This document shows positions 8,644 through 18,504 of a stretch of DNA of 64,000 bases, piece after piece (positions within the stretch are counted from its first letter, which is position 1; every line of letters starts with the position of its first letter). A program made the position numbers and the translations under genes. Source of the DNA: a virus (taxonomy: Duplodnaviria > Caudoviricetes); IMG/VR virus record IMGVR_UViG_3300037501_000255; one strand, 5' to 3'. Under the pieces are notes generated by a model. It was not told where the DNA came from. It was given only the letters and a program-made list of their open reading frames with translations, and did not search any database.

Positions 8644-11556
8644 TTATATTCTCGGCAAATATGCCAACATCGGCACTGGCAAACCGGGACCTTTAGCCTT
8701 GACCTCGCTGCCCTTGAAGCCGCTCGTCGCCAAGAACTTGTATGCAATCAGAGCATATATTGTTGCCATGAGCCCGTCGTTTTGGATAGCACCCTTGACA
8801 TATCTGTTATATACATTATCATTCTTCACGATCTTCTTAACTTCCATCGAGGTAAAATGCTGCATCAACCACTCGATCCTATCGTATGACTCGCCATGTA
8901 CAGGGAAGCGGATTTTGCCATTTCTAACCATAGAGAATATCTCTTCTATCATGGCATCCTTATTTAAAACAACTCGTAATTCTTTTGGCTTATATGATAT
9001 AGTGCTATTCAAGGTGCCGCTGTTTATACATCCTAGAAATCGCTCACCAAAGCCCATCGAGCCCTGCATGTGTTGCACTATGTCTTGGCCGTATCCGATA
9101 TCTGCAGCAGCAACCTGAACCTTGAATAGTCGATACATTTCAGATATGATATTGACCTTGTATTCAAAATCATTGCGCTTTAATCTATAAGCATTTTCTA
9201 TTGTAAATATTCCATTTTTGTCCACACTAACAATTACCACGGCTGTATATGACTGCCCGGCATCAACTCTTCCTCCGCCAGAGTCCTCTTCATCCTCATC
9301 GCCAGCACCGACTAGGTCCTTCCCTCCCCAGTCTATGCCCATCACGACGGTTTTGTCTCCGCGATCAATAATAGTTTTTGCTAATCCACGAGTTCCGTCG
9401 CAGCAGTTTGCGCGAATATCATCTAGCGATATCGTCATGCCGCCACCACTATAGAACTCTCCCAATGTTTCATTTTTCCAGGCCTTCTCACTGCGTTCGC
9501 GATTTACAGACGGATCTAGGTCCAAAATGCTCTCTTTAGTAAACCAAGGATGTAGTAAAACACTTACGTGATAGCCCACATACTGCGTCTCGCCAAGCTT
9601 AGTAGGCATCCAGCGCCCACCCTCGATCGCATCAGCCTTTTTCTGCAACGTACCGCATTCGGGGCAGCGAACATCATGCCCGGATACCCAAATCTTCTTC
9701 CAGGAGTCGCTACCCATAGTGTATAGGAAAAAATAATGGGAGCAGCCAGTACACCGTAGCTGATAAAATCTCTGATCAGATTTTTGCCATAGGTTATAGA
9801 AGTGGGATCCTGTTCCTTTCGGCGTTCCAAAATATACCTGTATACCTTTGGTGGGCCTGCCATACTGTGCAGATGTTAAGATGGGACCCGCCGTCTCGAT
9901 AGCATCCTTTGACATATCCTGGCAATTGTGTGCAATCGGGCCACCGACATTTTTGCTGGTCCGGCTTGGGCAAAGTATGAAGTTATGGTTATCAGCTACG
10001 CCAATATCGTAAACGGCGTCTTCGCCAGCATCATACTGTAATTTGTCAACACATGTGAAAGCGTGCGAAGGACTACTGTTTGACCATGCATACCTATCTG
10101 CCGCCCAGCTGCGATAAAAAGATAGCTTATATTCCATATTATGATGCACATATGGCTGTATTATCTCACAAAGTTTTGAATAATTGGATGAATCCAGATA
10201 TAATGAAAAGTATGAGTAGTACTTTCTATATTCCGCGTTAATTCCAAACCTGGACAGCATCGCAACTAATCGAACCTGCGTATCCTCATCAAATGAGCAC
10301 GTTGAGATGCACGCACATCCCTTATTTACGAAGCCATCATCCATAAACCAGACAGCAAGAGCGCGAGCGTCAGCAGCATCCAACATCCACTGCGGACACG
10401 TACTCTTTGTGCGAGGAATGTATCCTGGTAATACAAAGCACTTTGATGAAAAACGTACTGCTGGCTTCTGAACATAACCATTTTTCTCAATATATGCAAC
10501 GCTACTATTAAACATCGACGCTTTCCATTCTGCGTATTCGCGCTGCTGTATGCCATGTGTTACAGAAAGGCGAAAGCGCCCACTCTTGGGACTCGAGATA
10601 TGGCCATCTCCGAGGAATGAACCAATTGCTATCTGCAGCTGGTCAGAATTCAAAGCGCGCACGCAGAGGTCTGTCCCAGGCGAAGTCATCAGGGCATCAC
10701 CGATACACAGGGACGATGCATCTACCCAGCCACGCTGAGTTAAAAATCTATGATTCGGCGTGCATTTGATCTCTCGATTTCCACAAGTAATTTGCATTAA
10801 TTTTCGGATTCCGCGATTCCAGGCACCATTAATTTGCTTGAACTCAAAAGTACAAGTTGACTCATTATAGCTCTTTACAAGCGGAAGCGGCTCACCGTTC
10901 GCCCACATATCATACAGCTTGCCTATTTTCTCTTTGCCAGAATCAGTCTCTATGTTCTGATCGTAGGGGAAACACTCGTCAAAGAAAATAGCGTCCTGCG
11001 AGAGACCGCGGATTCGGTCGCCATCCGCTCCGGTACCCTCTATACGAAGCTTATTGTATCCCTTAAATGTCTTTTCAGCTATAGCATCCTCCGTTCCTGC
11101 GACTTTAATAGCATTTGCGTCATTTTTTAACATTCTGCTATTTATATAGCCATTCTGCGAGCCTGCTACCATAGGGCCCAATTTATCTTTGGCGTACTTC
11201 GACATTAATCCTAGTGTTGGAAATACATGCAGAACCCTCATCGGAGGTTTGTCTGGTCCAGTGCCAAAGAGCCCTGAGGCTGTGAAGTACAATGATAATA
11301 CAGCCGCAAGAACAGTGGCGCCTATTTGGCGCCCCTTCAAAATCACCATCGGTTTAGCGGTCTTATTAGCCGCCTGAGCTGCCACTTCGCGATACAGGTC
11401 GGCCATAAACTTCCAACCAGTGCCACTCATGCGGAATGGTTTTCCGTCTACAGTCAGATGATTTTCTGCAAATGAAACAGGATCAAGAAGAGATATCTCA
11501 TTCTTGATCTGATTGAAAAGTTTTAGCGTTACTTCTTTGTTGGCTACTACCGTCAT
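8644..11556 (-). CDS. terL: terminase large subunit (GpA-like), intein-containing
   Basis: KGRQIGAT (ATPase), IFFDE Walker B interrupted by the intein, GTPK, CxxC...CPECG zinc motif, nuclease GIDWG and ADIGYG. Confidence 0.9.
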   Translation of the reverse strand: MTVVANKEVTLKLFNQIKNEISLLDPVSFAENHLTVDGKPFRMSGTGWKFMADLYREVAAQAANKTAKPMVILKGRQIGATVLAAVLSLYFTASGLFGTGPDKPPMRVLHVFPTLGLMSKYAKDKLGPMVAGSQNGYINSRMLKNDANAIKVAGTEDAIAEKTFKGYNKLRIEGTGADGDRIRGLSQDAIFFDECFPYDQNIETDSGKEKIGKLYDMWANGEPLPLVKSYNESTCTFEFKQINGAWNRGIRKLMQITCGNREIKCTPNHRFLTQRGWVDASSLCIGDALMTSPGTDLCVRALNSDQLQIAIGSFLGDGHISSPKSGRFRLSVTHGIQQREYAEWKASMFNSSVAYIEKNGYVQKPAVRFSSKCFVLPGYIPRTKSTCPQWMLDAADARALAVWFMDDGFVNKGCACISTCSFDEDTQVRLVAMLSRFGINAEYRKYYSYFSLYLDSSNYSKLCEIIQPYVHHNMEYKLSFYRSWAADRYAWSNSSPSHAFTCVDKLQYDAGEDAVYDIGVADNHNFILCPSRTSKNVGGPIAHNCQDMSKDAIETAGPILTSAQYGRPTKGIQVYFGTPKGTGSHFYNLWQKSDQRFYQLRCTGCSHYFFLYTMGSDSWKKIWVSGHDVRCPECGTLQKKADAIEGGRWMPTKLGETQYVGYHVSVLLHPWFTKESILDLDPSVNRERSEKAWKNETLGEFYSGGGMTISLDDIRANCCDGTRGLAKTIIDRGDKTVVMGIDWGGKDLVGAGDEDEEDSGGGRVDAGQSYTAVVIVSVDKNGIFTIENAYRLKRNDFEYKVNIISEMYRLFKVQVAAADIGYGQDIVQHMQGSMGFGERFLGCINSGTLNSTISYKPKELRVVLNKDAMIEEIFSMVRNGKIRFPVHGESYDRIEWLMQHFTSMEVKKIVKNDNVYNRYVKGAIQNDGLMATIYALIAYKFLATSGFKGSEVKAKGPGLPVPMLAYLPRI
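9925..10974 (-). mobile_element. 350-aa intein with LAGLIDADG homing endonuclease in TerL
   Basis: Starts CFPYDQNIET right after Walker B DE; block B CTPNHRF; endonuclease motifs GSFLGDG and WFMDDG; ends IAHN followed by +1 Cys, restoring FFDE-CQD. Confidence 0.93.
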
Positions 11557-11564
11557 ATATTCTC

Positions 11565-12206
11565 CTAGCGAGACGTGACGCCAGGAGAACCGCCCATACC
11601 AATATTTGCACGCTCACCTTGCCCAGTCATCTGCTGATCAGCAGCGGGCATAGTTACGGCGCCGCCTGACGGCAAAGCTGTCATCGGATCGTCTTTCGGA
11701 TATTGTTCAACGATATGCCGCAGCACATCGCGCACTTTCTCTCGCCCAAATGTCTCAATGATTTTCATACCATCTGGCTGGGACTTAAACTCCTCAATCA
11801 TGGTTTCAACGGAGGATAGACCGTGGTCCCTCTCGAGAAAATACTTCTTGCTGAATTCTTCTAACCTGGCAACGAGGCTGCTCTCATCCGGCACGCTCCC
11901 ATCATAAGAGGTATACTTTGCTTTACGGCTCAGCACAATCGGCTCGTCCTTGGCCCGCTTGCGCAGTACTCCATCTAGTCCGACGCGAGAGTGCAGCTCG
12001 GAAACCATACTTTCTACAGTATGCTTCCTGCCAGTAGTCTTGTTGATAGTTGGATCTTCTACTGCCATGATAGATAGGAAGTTATCAAAAACCTCGGACT
12101 TATCAGAGTCGCGCAGTTTTTGAAAATATTCCTGACGTGTAGCAGCAGCAGCAAAATGTTCTAGTACTTTAACTGCTTTAAGAAGATCATCGCTCATTAT
12201 ATTCAC
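11565..12206 (-). CDS. hypothetical protein (head module)
   Basis: 213-aa ORF, RBS ggtga, abutting its neighbours. Confidence 0.6.
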   Translation of the reverse strand: MNIMSDDLLKAVKVLEHFAAAATRQEYFQKLRDSDKSEVFDNFLSIMAVEDPTINKTTGRKHTVESMVSELHSRVGLDGVLRKRAKDEPIVLSRKAKYTSYDGSVPDESSLVARLEEFSKKYFLERDHGLSSVETMIEEFKSQPDGMKIIETFGREKVRDVLRHIVEQYPKDDPMTALPSGGAVTMPAADQQMTGQGERANIGMGGSPGVTSR

Positions 12207-13151
12207 CTATGCATGATAAGTAGTTCCGAAATCGACCCCATCCGAGGATGTGGGATCCTGGTCTTCCCCTAGCCGCCCAAGATCTTTAAACATTGGGAAT
12301 CCCTTCTGTAATAGCAGTTCCTGAATGCTCAACTCTTCGCGCGGCGTAAAGCGATACTTATCCTTAAGACTGGCATATACCTTTTCAATGTCGCGCCCGG
12401 CAGATACATGTGAATTTAACAGTAATCTAGTTATAGCATGCAGGAATGGATCTTCGAATAAGAAAATCTTTGCGCTCCCGGCCTCTTTGACTAGCTGGTC
12501 GCTCGTCTGCTCGCCCAAGGCGAAAATCTGTACCTGCTCATCTGTCGGTTCAGCCAGCGTAACAGGGAGGAGTTCCTCTCCTTCACCGTCATCTACAGCA
12601 ATGTAGTATTTAATATCCAAGCCATCATTGATCCTAGCGACGACCTGATTGCCGACCTTGACCGACGACTTCTTCTTCATCTTTTTCTTAGATGATAACT
12701 TATCATACGCATCTTCTAGTTTGGATACGAATTCCATAATTGTATCGCGTATCTTCTCTGCTTCCTCCTCGTCGATGACATTATCATCATCGCTCTGGAT
12801 GGCGCGTGAAATTTCACGATCAAGGCGCTTTAGGTAGGCAATTGCACGCTCGCAGCCAACAGTTGTCTGCCCAGTGTGGCGAGGGATGGTATCGAGGCGC
12901 TTGCGAACGTAGTCGAGAAATTTGCTGTGATCGCCGTCGTTAACCCAGTCCCGCTCGCGCGAATTCTCAACAACCTCACTTGCCTCCTCCTCGTCTGGGA
13001 TTACGACTACCACATCAGCGCCAGGAACGATATCTTCCAGCACTTCAACGGCCTCATCCAAAAGACCATCAGGTTCAAAAATTTCAAAAGTGTCATTATC
13101 TAATGCTGGCATATTATTGTCCTCCGCGCTTCTTTTCCAAAAGTGTTTCAA
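12207..13151 (-). CDS. hypothetical protein (head module, acidic N-terminus)
   Basis: 314-aa ORF; KRSAED, KEAGS motifs. Confidence 0.65.
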   Translation of the reverse strand: MKHFWKRSAEDNNMPALDNDTFEIFEPDGLLDEAVEVLEDIVPGADVVVVIPDEEEASEVVENSRERDWVNDGDHSKFLDYVRKRLDTIPRHTGQTTVGCERAIAYLKRLDREISRAIQSDDDNVIDEEEAEKIRDTIMEFVSKLEDAYDKLSSKKKMKKKSSVKVGNQVVARINDGLDIKYYIAVDDGEGEELLPVTLAEPTDEQVQIFALGEQTSDQLVKEAGSAKIFLFEDPFLHAITRLLLNSHVSAGRDIEKVYASLKDKYRFTPREELSIQELLLQKGFPMFKDLGRLGEDQDPTSSDGVDFGTTYHA

Positions 13152-13650
13152 ATAACTCAGTATCCATAGCTGCCTCTTTGATAATCTCTACATCCGATTC
13201 TTCTATGCTGGCATACATAGTTAATATGCTTGTAAATAGCTGCTGTGCTTCCATATTTTCCCAATATGAATTAAGAGGATATGCAACAAGGCCAGAAACA
13301 CCGCCGCCAGCATTGTTTGCTAATCCATTGAAAACACGCGGGTAATATGGACTAGCTCGCATAGGAGAGTCCCGCAATCCTTCACCGCCGTCTCTGAAAT
13401 CGCAATGCACAATAGGGGCTCCATCAACAATTTTATCAGCATACGGGCAGCGCTCTCCCGTTTTATGATGAAGGTATACCTTTTTATTAGCATTGGCAAA
13501 GTGCTCCCGATTCTCTTTGTCTACGTATTCTAGTGGAGCCATGCGATTAACACTATCACCTGCATTAAGGCAAGCATCGGATATTGGTAGCCCAAACGGG
13601 CATTCGCTATGCCCACTCTGCCGTATTACAGCCAATTTACGAAGAGTCAT
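13114..13650 (-). CDS. hypothetical Cys-containing protein
   Basis: 178 aa; ECPFG, DAC, RCPYA, HCDF suggest metal binding. Confidence 0.6.
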   Translation of the reverse strand: MTLRKLAVIRQSGHSECPFGLPISDACLNAGDSVNRMAPLEYVDKENREHFANANKKVYLHHKTGERCPYADKIVDGAPIVHCDFRDGGEGLRDSPMRASPYYPRVFNGLANNAGGGVSGLVAYPLNSYWENMEAQQLFTSILTMYASIEESDVEIIKEAAMDTELFETLLEKKRGGQ

Positions 13651-14129
13651 TTACCCTCCCCGTTTCCGCAGGCGACTTCTCGGATATATTTTATAAAATC
13701 AACTACCGCAGGCTCCGGCTTGCCGTCTAGAAGCTTAGTCCAATATTCAACATTGGATTTAGATCCGCAGTACGAATCTATGGGCGCAACATAGTTGGCG
13801 CTTTTCCTCTTCTTTTTCTTGCGTTCGACACCCCTCTTCTTGCGAATAAAATCTACGATCGTCCGTATCTTGCCGCTTCGATAATCATCCAAAACCTTAG
13901 GCCATAGCTCTCCGTAGTCATAATTTTTTCTTAATGGCTGAGGAACTTTAGATACGGCAGTATACATTAGAGTTTGTGACGCCATATTGGCGACAATCTC
14001 ATGCTCGGGGCGAGTGCTTAATTCAAGCACCTCATTACCTAGAGCGCACACCTCTGGTAGGTCCAGTGTCTGACCCATGCTGCGCAGAAGTGTCGCGAAT
14101 TTGATTAAAGATGGAACTAAGGTGTTCAT
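13647..14129 (-). CDS. hypothetical protein
   Basis: 160 aa, ATGA overlaps on both sides, basic patch RKKRGVERKKKKRKSA. Confidence 0.6.
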   Translation of the reverse strand: MNTLVPSLIKFATLLRSMGQTLDLPEVCALGNEVLELSTRPEHEIVANMASQTLMYTAVSKVPQPLRKNYDYGELWPKVLDDYRSGKIRTIVDFIRKKRGVERKKKKRKSANYVAPIDSYCGSKSNVEYWTKLLDGKPEPAVVDFIKYIREVACGNGEGK

Positions 14130-14878
14130 ATGATATCGACAAGGCGCCGCTCACGAATGAGCTGCTCAGTCATCTCCTTTGTTAGTTTGATTCTTTGCAA
14201 AACACCAAATTCAATTAGATCATTCAAGATATTTGGATCATATTTTATTGCAGCTGAAAGCTTATCAGAGGCGTACTTTGGCTTAATCTTCTCTATTAGT
14301 TGCAAATTTGAGCGTATTGCCTGCTTAAGCTCTTCATCAATAGCCATACCGTACTTAGCTGCATAGTAAAATGCTCTAATAATGCGATTTGGCGAGGCTG
14401 TCATTGCAATTACAGGATCTACAGGGCAACGTATAATGCGATGCTCAATATCATACTTACCCATAGACGTAATATCTAATATTTTTGAAAAATCTAGCGG
14501 CACCAATAAGGTATTAATGGTAAAGTCGCGAGAGTACGTTTCTCTCACCATATTGGTAGCTACAGTCAGCCCCCTAGCAATGAGTAGCTGATCTATGTTA
14601 TCATAAATTTGATTTGTAGAGAAATCTATCGAGAATCGCCCGTGTCGTATTTTCTTATGGCCATCAGCTAACACAGTAGGCGTCGTACCAAGCCGCGCAC
14701 CTACTAAATCAGCTAGATTTGAAATGCTGCTTTCACCATTTGTAAGGTCTATATCGTTCAGTCCATCGAGCAGCCCCATAAATATATCACGCGGAATGCC
14801 GCCAACGAGATATGGCACACGGATGCCATTACTCTCAGCAGTCTCAGTGATTATGTTCAAAATCTCTTTTAGATCCAT
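14126..14878 (-). CDS. class II nucleotidyltransferase (CCA-adding/poly(A) polymerase family) head domain
   Basis: YLVGGIPRD...NDIDLT (motif A with DxD), SRDFTINTL, PNRIIRA. Confidence 0.85.
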   Translation of the reverse strand: MDLKEILNIITETAESNGIRVPYLVGGIPRDIFMGLLDGLNDIDLTNGESSISNLADLVGARLGTTPTVLADGHKKIRHGRFSIDFSTNQIYDNIDQLLIARGLTVATNMVRETYSRDFTINTLLVPLDFSKILDITSMGKYDIEHRIIRCPVDPVIAMTASPNRIIRAFYYAAKYGMAIDEELKQAIRSNLQLIEKIKPKYASDKLSAAIKYDPNILNDLIEFGVLQRIKLTKEMTEQLIRERRLVDII

Positions 14879-14885
14879 TATCTAC

Positions 14886-16454
14886 TCACTCAATGCCAGG
14901 TATATATTTGAGGTTCACAGGCTCATCCTCAAACCCCTCGTCCTCTTGTTGGGAAGGGACTGCTTTTGGCTGCTTCGGCTCAGGTTTCGCCGGAGACTTG
15001 GGTGCCGACTTGCCACTAATGCCCGAGGCCATCTCGCGGACTTCGTCACCCAATTGTTTCTGTTCAGTTGAGACGGGAGCGACCTCTGGCGGGGCTTCGG
15101 AGACAATATCCGGCTGTGTCTGCAGTCCGCCTCGAAGTTTTGGCAGGAGATCCTCAACCTTATTACTGGCATATCCAAATGCATCAATAAGCTTTGACTG
15201 CGCTTCCTGAATTTCAGGAAAGAAGCTGGCCATGCGTAATTTGTGCAACATAAGATCTATCTCTGCCAACGAGCGTACCAGATCGCGATTTTTCAAAACA
15301 GCACTTATATCGGTTAAACGCTTAATTGCCTCATCGAGAGCCACTTCGCGCTGTTCTGGTGGTACGGCCCCAAACTCGCGCTCAACAACCTTGATGGTCC
15401 CAACCTCAGGTATTGGAGGTTCGTCGGCCGCTATGGCAAACAGCTCAGCAGCCCCATCAGAGAAATTGAGCTTTTCAAGTATATTGGCTGTTTTGATGAT
15501 CGAGTCTTTCATAGAGCTAGCTAGACGTAATTTCCTGATACGCTTCCGCAACTCTGAAAGTGCTTCCTCAACAGCGTCAATTTGTTCCTGTTTAATGACT
15601 TTTCTATATTTTTCTAACAGCTTATCTATTGCAAAAACACGGCTCATTAGCTTATTGCGAGCAGTTTCAAAGTCAACCACGTACTGATCATCATATCCCC
15701 TATCAAGAGCAGGAAGCGACATCTCCGGCTCGGGCTGTGGTTCGGGGCGACTGAGTAGCTTGGGAATATAGTAGTATTGCCCATCTGATGCTATCTTATT
15801 TTTCATGGAAACCTCTCTGCGCAAAACACGCTCGCGTGCTCGAATCTGCTCATTAACATCATATTTTGAAAACTCATTTTTCATATGATAGTTAGCCCAC
15901 AATAGGAATTTATATTTCTCAGGCACAGATAGCGATGCGGCTACGCGTTCTAAGGCTGCATCTAACCGAAATCCGGTGCGGACCATATTTTGTATCTGCA
16001 CAAATAATGCCGCCCACTTGCCAATGTCATATGCCGCCTCGGGGGCGACTGGTCGACCACTGTTAGGATGAGCGGATTTCTGCAAGGAGTCGTGCCCATC
16101 AGCCCAATTCCTGGCAGCATTCTTGAAAGATTGTAGGCTTGTTAAATTGAGATCATCTCGATTATCGAAAAGGAACTTCTTAAAATCTGCGCGCTCCTCT
16201 TTTGACAGTGACGTTCCAAGCAAATCCTTGAGCAAATCATCTGCAAATAGATCGATGTAGAAAAAGATTGCAAAATCCTTATCGTTTGAGACGCCGGCCT
16301 CGGTAGCTTCACGATAGTGATCTATGGCACCCTGCCACAGCTCCTCGGTAATGCCAGACTTGACCATGGCTGCAAGTTTTTCAGCGGCGTACTCATTTAT
16401 TAGCCCATATGTGAGCGCCAATTCGATTTCGCTATCAAAATCAACGTCCGCCAC
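14886..16454 (-). CDS. hypothetical protein (head module, helical)
   Basis: 522-aa ORF; KSAH, KIASD, RLASS, KTAN, RMASF motifs. Confidence 0.65.
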   Translation of the reverse strand: MADVDFDSEIELALTYGLINEYAAEKLAAMVKSGITEELWQGAIDHYREATEAGVSNDKDFAIFFYIDLFADDLLKDLLGTSLSKEERADFKKFLFDNRDDLNLTSLQSFKNAARNWADGHDSLQKSAHPNSGRPVAPEAAYDIGKWAALFVQIQNMVRTGFRLDAALERVAASLSVPEKYKFLLWANYHMKNEFSKYDVNEQIRARERVLRREVSMKNKIASDGQYYYIPKLLSRPEPQPEPEMSLPALDRGYDDQYVVDFETARNKLMSRVFAIDKLLEKYRKVIKQEQIDAVEEALSELRKRIRKLRLASSMKDSIIKTANILEKLNFSDGAAELFAIAADEPPIPEVGTIKVVEREFGAVPPEQREVALDEAIKRLTDISAVLKNRDLVRSLAEIDLMLHKLRMASFFPEIQEAQSKLIDAFGYASNKVEDLLPKLRGGLQTQPDIVSEAPPEVAPVSTEQKQLGDEVREMASGISGKSAPKSPAKPEPKQPKAVPSQQEDEGFEDEPVNLKYIPGIE

Positions 16455-17154
16455 TAATCACCGCCTCGCCAAGCATATGTCCGGTTACACTACCACCGTA
16501 CTCTAATGTTTTCATATTCCTATTTAGATTGTCCATAAACTTTATGGCCAAATCAGGAGAGGTTTCCTCCAACGATTTTCGTACAGAATCTCGAATTACA
16601 CTTATCTGATCATTCATAATGTTGATATTTATATTATGTTCAACAGACTCGGAGTAGCCCTCAACGTACTTCTTATAGCTCTCCAGTAGTTTAATCAACT
16701 GATCTATGTAGCCTTGAAATACTCGCTCTTCGCGTGAGTTTGGAAATTCATAGTTAGAAAGAAGATTGTAGAAGTGCTCTATACGAGCCTCGAGTAGAGA
16801 GAATGCCTTCAGAATTTCCTTCTGAACATCGAGCTTCCCATCGACAATTGCATTTATTTTCTTCTGATAAGCCGATGAGCCTGCGACGTTTTCGCGCCCC
16901 TCATTAAGGCGTTGTGCTGCAAGAGCCTCGGTGGCCGCCGCGCGCACATCACGCGCAATTTGCCCATCAAGATCAAGATAGTTTTTTTTGAAATTCTGTA
17001 TTGTAGAAAAGCTAACACGCAGGTGCGCATTCTCTGTACCAGGGTATTTAAGCCGCAAAAACTCGGCCACGTCGCGTACGGGAGTACCATTTACCAATTG
17101 AGATATGATCTCTTCTTTGTCCGGATGTTGTAGTAATTTATTCTGGGGGCTCAT
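16441..17154 (-). CDS. HTH plus coiled-coil protein; candidate terminase small subunit
   Basis: N-terminal KLLQHPDKEEIISQLVNGTPVRDVAEFL...VSFSTIQNF resembles the HTH of small terminases; lies about 5 kb upstream of TerL. The function is inference. Confidence 0.4.
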   Translation of the reverse strand: MSPQNKLLQHPDKEEIISQLVNGTPVRDVAEFLRLKYPGTENAHLRVSFSTIQNFKKNYLDLDGQIARDVRAAATEALAAQRLNEGRENVAGSSAYQKKINAIVDGKLDVQKEILKAFSLLEARIEHFYNLLSNYEFPNSREERVFQGYIDQLIKLLESYKKYVEGYSESVEHNININIMNDQISVIRDSVRKSLEETSPDLAIKFMDNLNRNMKTLEYGGSVTGHMLGEAVISGGR

Positions 17155-17163
17155 ATTTGCTCC

Positions 17164-17206
17164 AAAAAATAAGAGGGGCGCTGCCTATATGTACAGCCCG
17201 CCCCTC
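17164..17206 (-). terminator. Rho-independent terminator-like hairpin
   Basis: Minus strand GAGGGGCG..CTG-loop-CAGCGCCCCTC followed by TTATTTTTT, after the 423-aa gene. Confidence 0.6.
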
Positions 17207-17224
17207 ATAAACATCGAAGATGTC

Positions 17225-18496
17225 TCACTTTCTCCTAGACAATGCTCCGGCACCCTCGAAAATGCGTGAAGGCGGCGCATACTGGGAGAAGGTAGGCGTC
17301 TGGTGCTTAATACTGCCGCCTGCACGCGGAGTGCCGCTAGCATCAGTGAAGCCATGCTGAAAATCGTACACTTTATTGGTGACGACATCCTGGTATACAC
17401 CATCTGATATGCGCTTCATCATCACGCCGGGCATATCAGGCGAGTAGCGAGTCTGAGACACTGCGGTGCCCTGATGAGTTTGTAGATGATGATTCTCGCG
17501 ATTCTCTTCCACTTCACGCTTGGTCTTTTCATGCATTGTTTCTTCATTATGTGCTTTGAAATCGTACAAATCTTTGCGCGTCACATTTAGTGATGGGTAC
17601 TGATCTGCTGCGGCGACAATAACCCGCTCTACGATATCAGCAGCCTCTGTATAGCCTTCAGCATCTAACTTGTCGGCTACCTTCACCATATCAGATAGCA
17701 ACTCTGCGCGACTGCCTAGACCCATCCAACGCTTGAGTTTTTCATCCCAGGTCTCAGCATGTGTGCCGGAAGCCCGCGGCGGCTCAGCGCGAGTTCCCTT
17801 GGGAGCATATTTGCTAGGTGGCTGTGGAGGATTTTGCATAAGCTCACCTACACCTTCAGGAGAAAGAACTTTAACGGTCGGCTGTTTGCGTGTTAAATCG
17901 GGGCCAGCCGGGGCTGGAGCTGGTAGTGCCGGCGGTACAAGACCCCCTGCAACGTCACCCTGCATTAGTGCCTCAGTAGCCGATGTATCTTCAACCACTT
18001 CTTGTGGTTTGTTAGCAAGAGGAGGAATTCCTTCGACTGGAGCAGGGATTTCGCGTCCATAGGACTGTTGCCGACGCTCGCGCTCGGCTTCCTCGACAAT
18101 GTCTGCCCATGATTGCTCTGCAGCAGCAGGTGCTGCTTCACCAGGCATTTCTACAGGAGTAGTTTCTCCGGGAGGTTCAGCTGGGATAAGCGGATTCTCG
18201 CCGCGCCCGCGCTGCTTTTCAAGCCCTGCAAGCTGACGTGTTAATTGAGCGTGGCCATCCTTAAGCTGTAGAAGGCGCCATTTTAGACCGCGCGGAATCT
18301 TCCCACTGTCCAGAGTTGCATCCAAAAAATCCTTTAGTTTCGCATTAAATTCCGCAACTTCTTCGGGCGTCATTACTGTGACGCGACGTGCTGCATGAGC
18401 CTGCAGGACGCCCTCAAGCGCAGCAGCGGCCTGTTTGGCCGCAGGACTCTCAACATTATTCAAAATGCTCGCAGTCTTAGATAAAAAATCAAGCAT
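17225..18496 (-). CDS. hypothetical protein (head module, Pro/Ala-rich centre)
   Basis: 423 aa; LSKTASIL at the N-terminus; MVKVADKLDAEGYTEAADIV module. Confidence 0.65.
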   Translation of the reverse strand: MLDFLSKTASILNNVESPAAKQAAAALEGVLQAHAARRVTVMTPEEVAEFNAKLKDFLDATLDSGKIPRGLKWRLLQLKDGHAQLTRQLAGLEKQRGRGENPLIPAEPPGETTPVEMPGEAAPAAAEQSWADIVEEAERERRQQSYGREIPAPVEGIPPLANKPQEVVEDTSATEALMQGDVAGGLVPPALPAPAPAGPDLTRKQPTVKVLSPEGVGELMQNPPQPPSKYAPKGTRAEPPRASGTHAETWDEKLKRWMGLGSRAELLSDMVKVADKLDAEGYTEAADIVERVIVAAADQYPSLNVTRKDLYDFKAHNEETMHEKTKREVEENRENHHLQTHQGTAVSQTRYSPDMPGVMMKRISDGVYQDVVTNKVYDFQHGFTDASGTPRAGGSIKHQTPTFSQYAPPSRIFEGAGALSRRK

Positions 18497-18504
18497 CAGC
18501 CACC

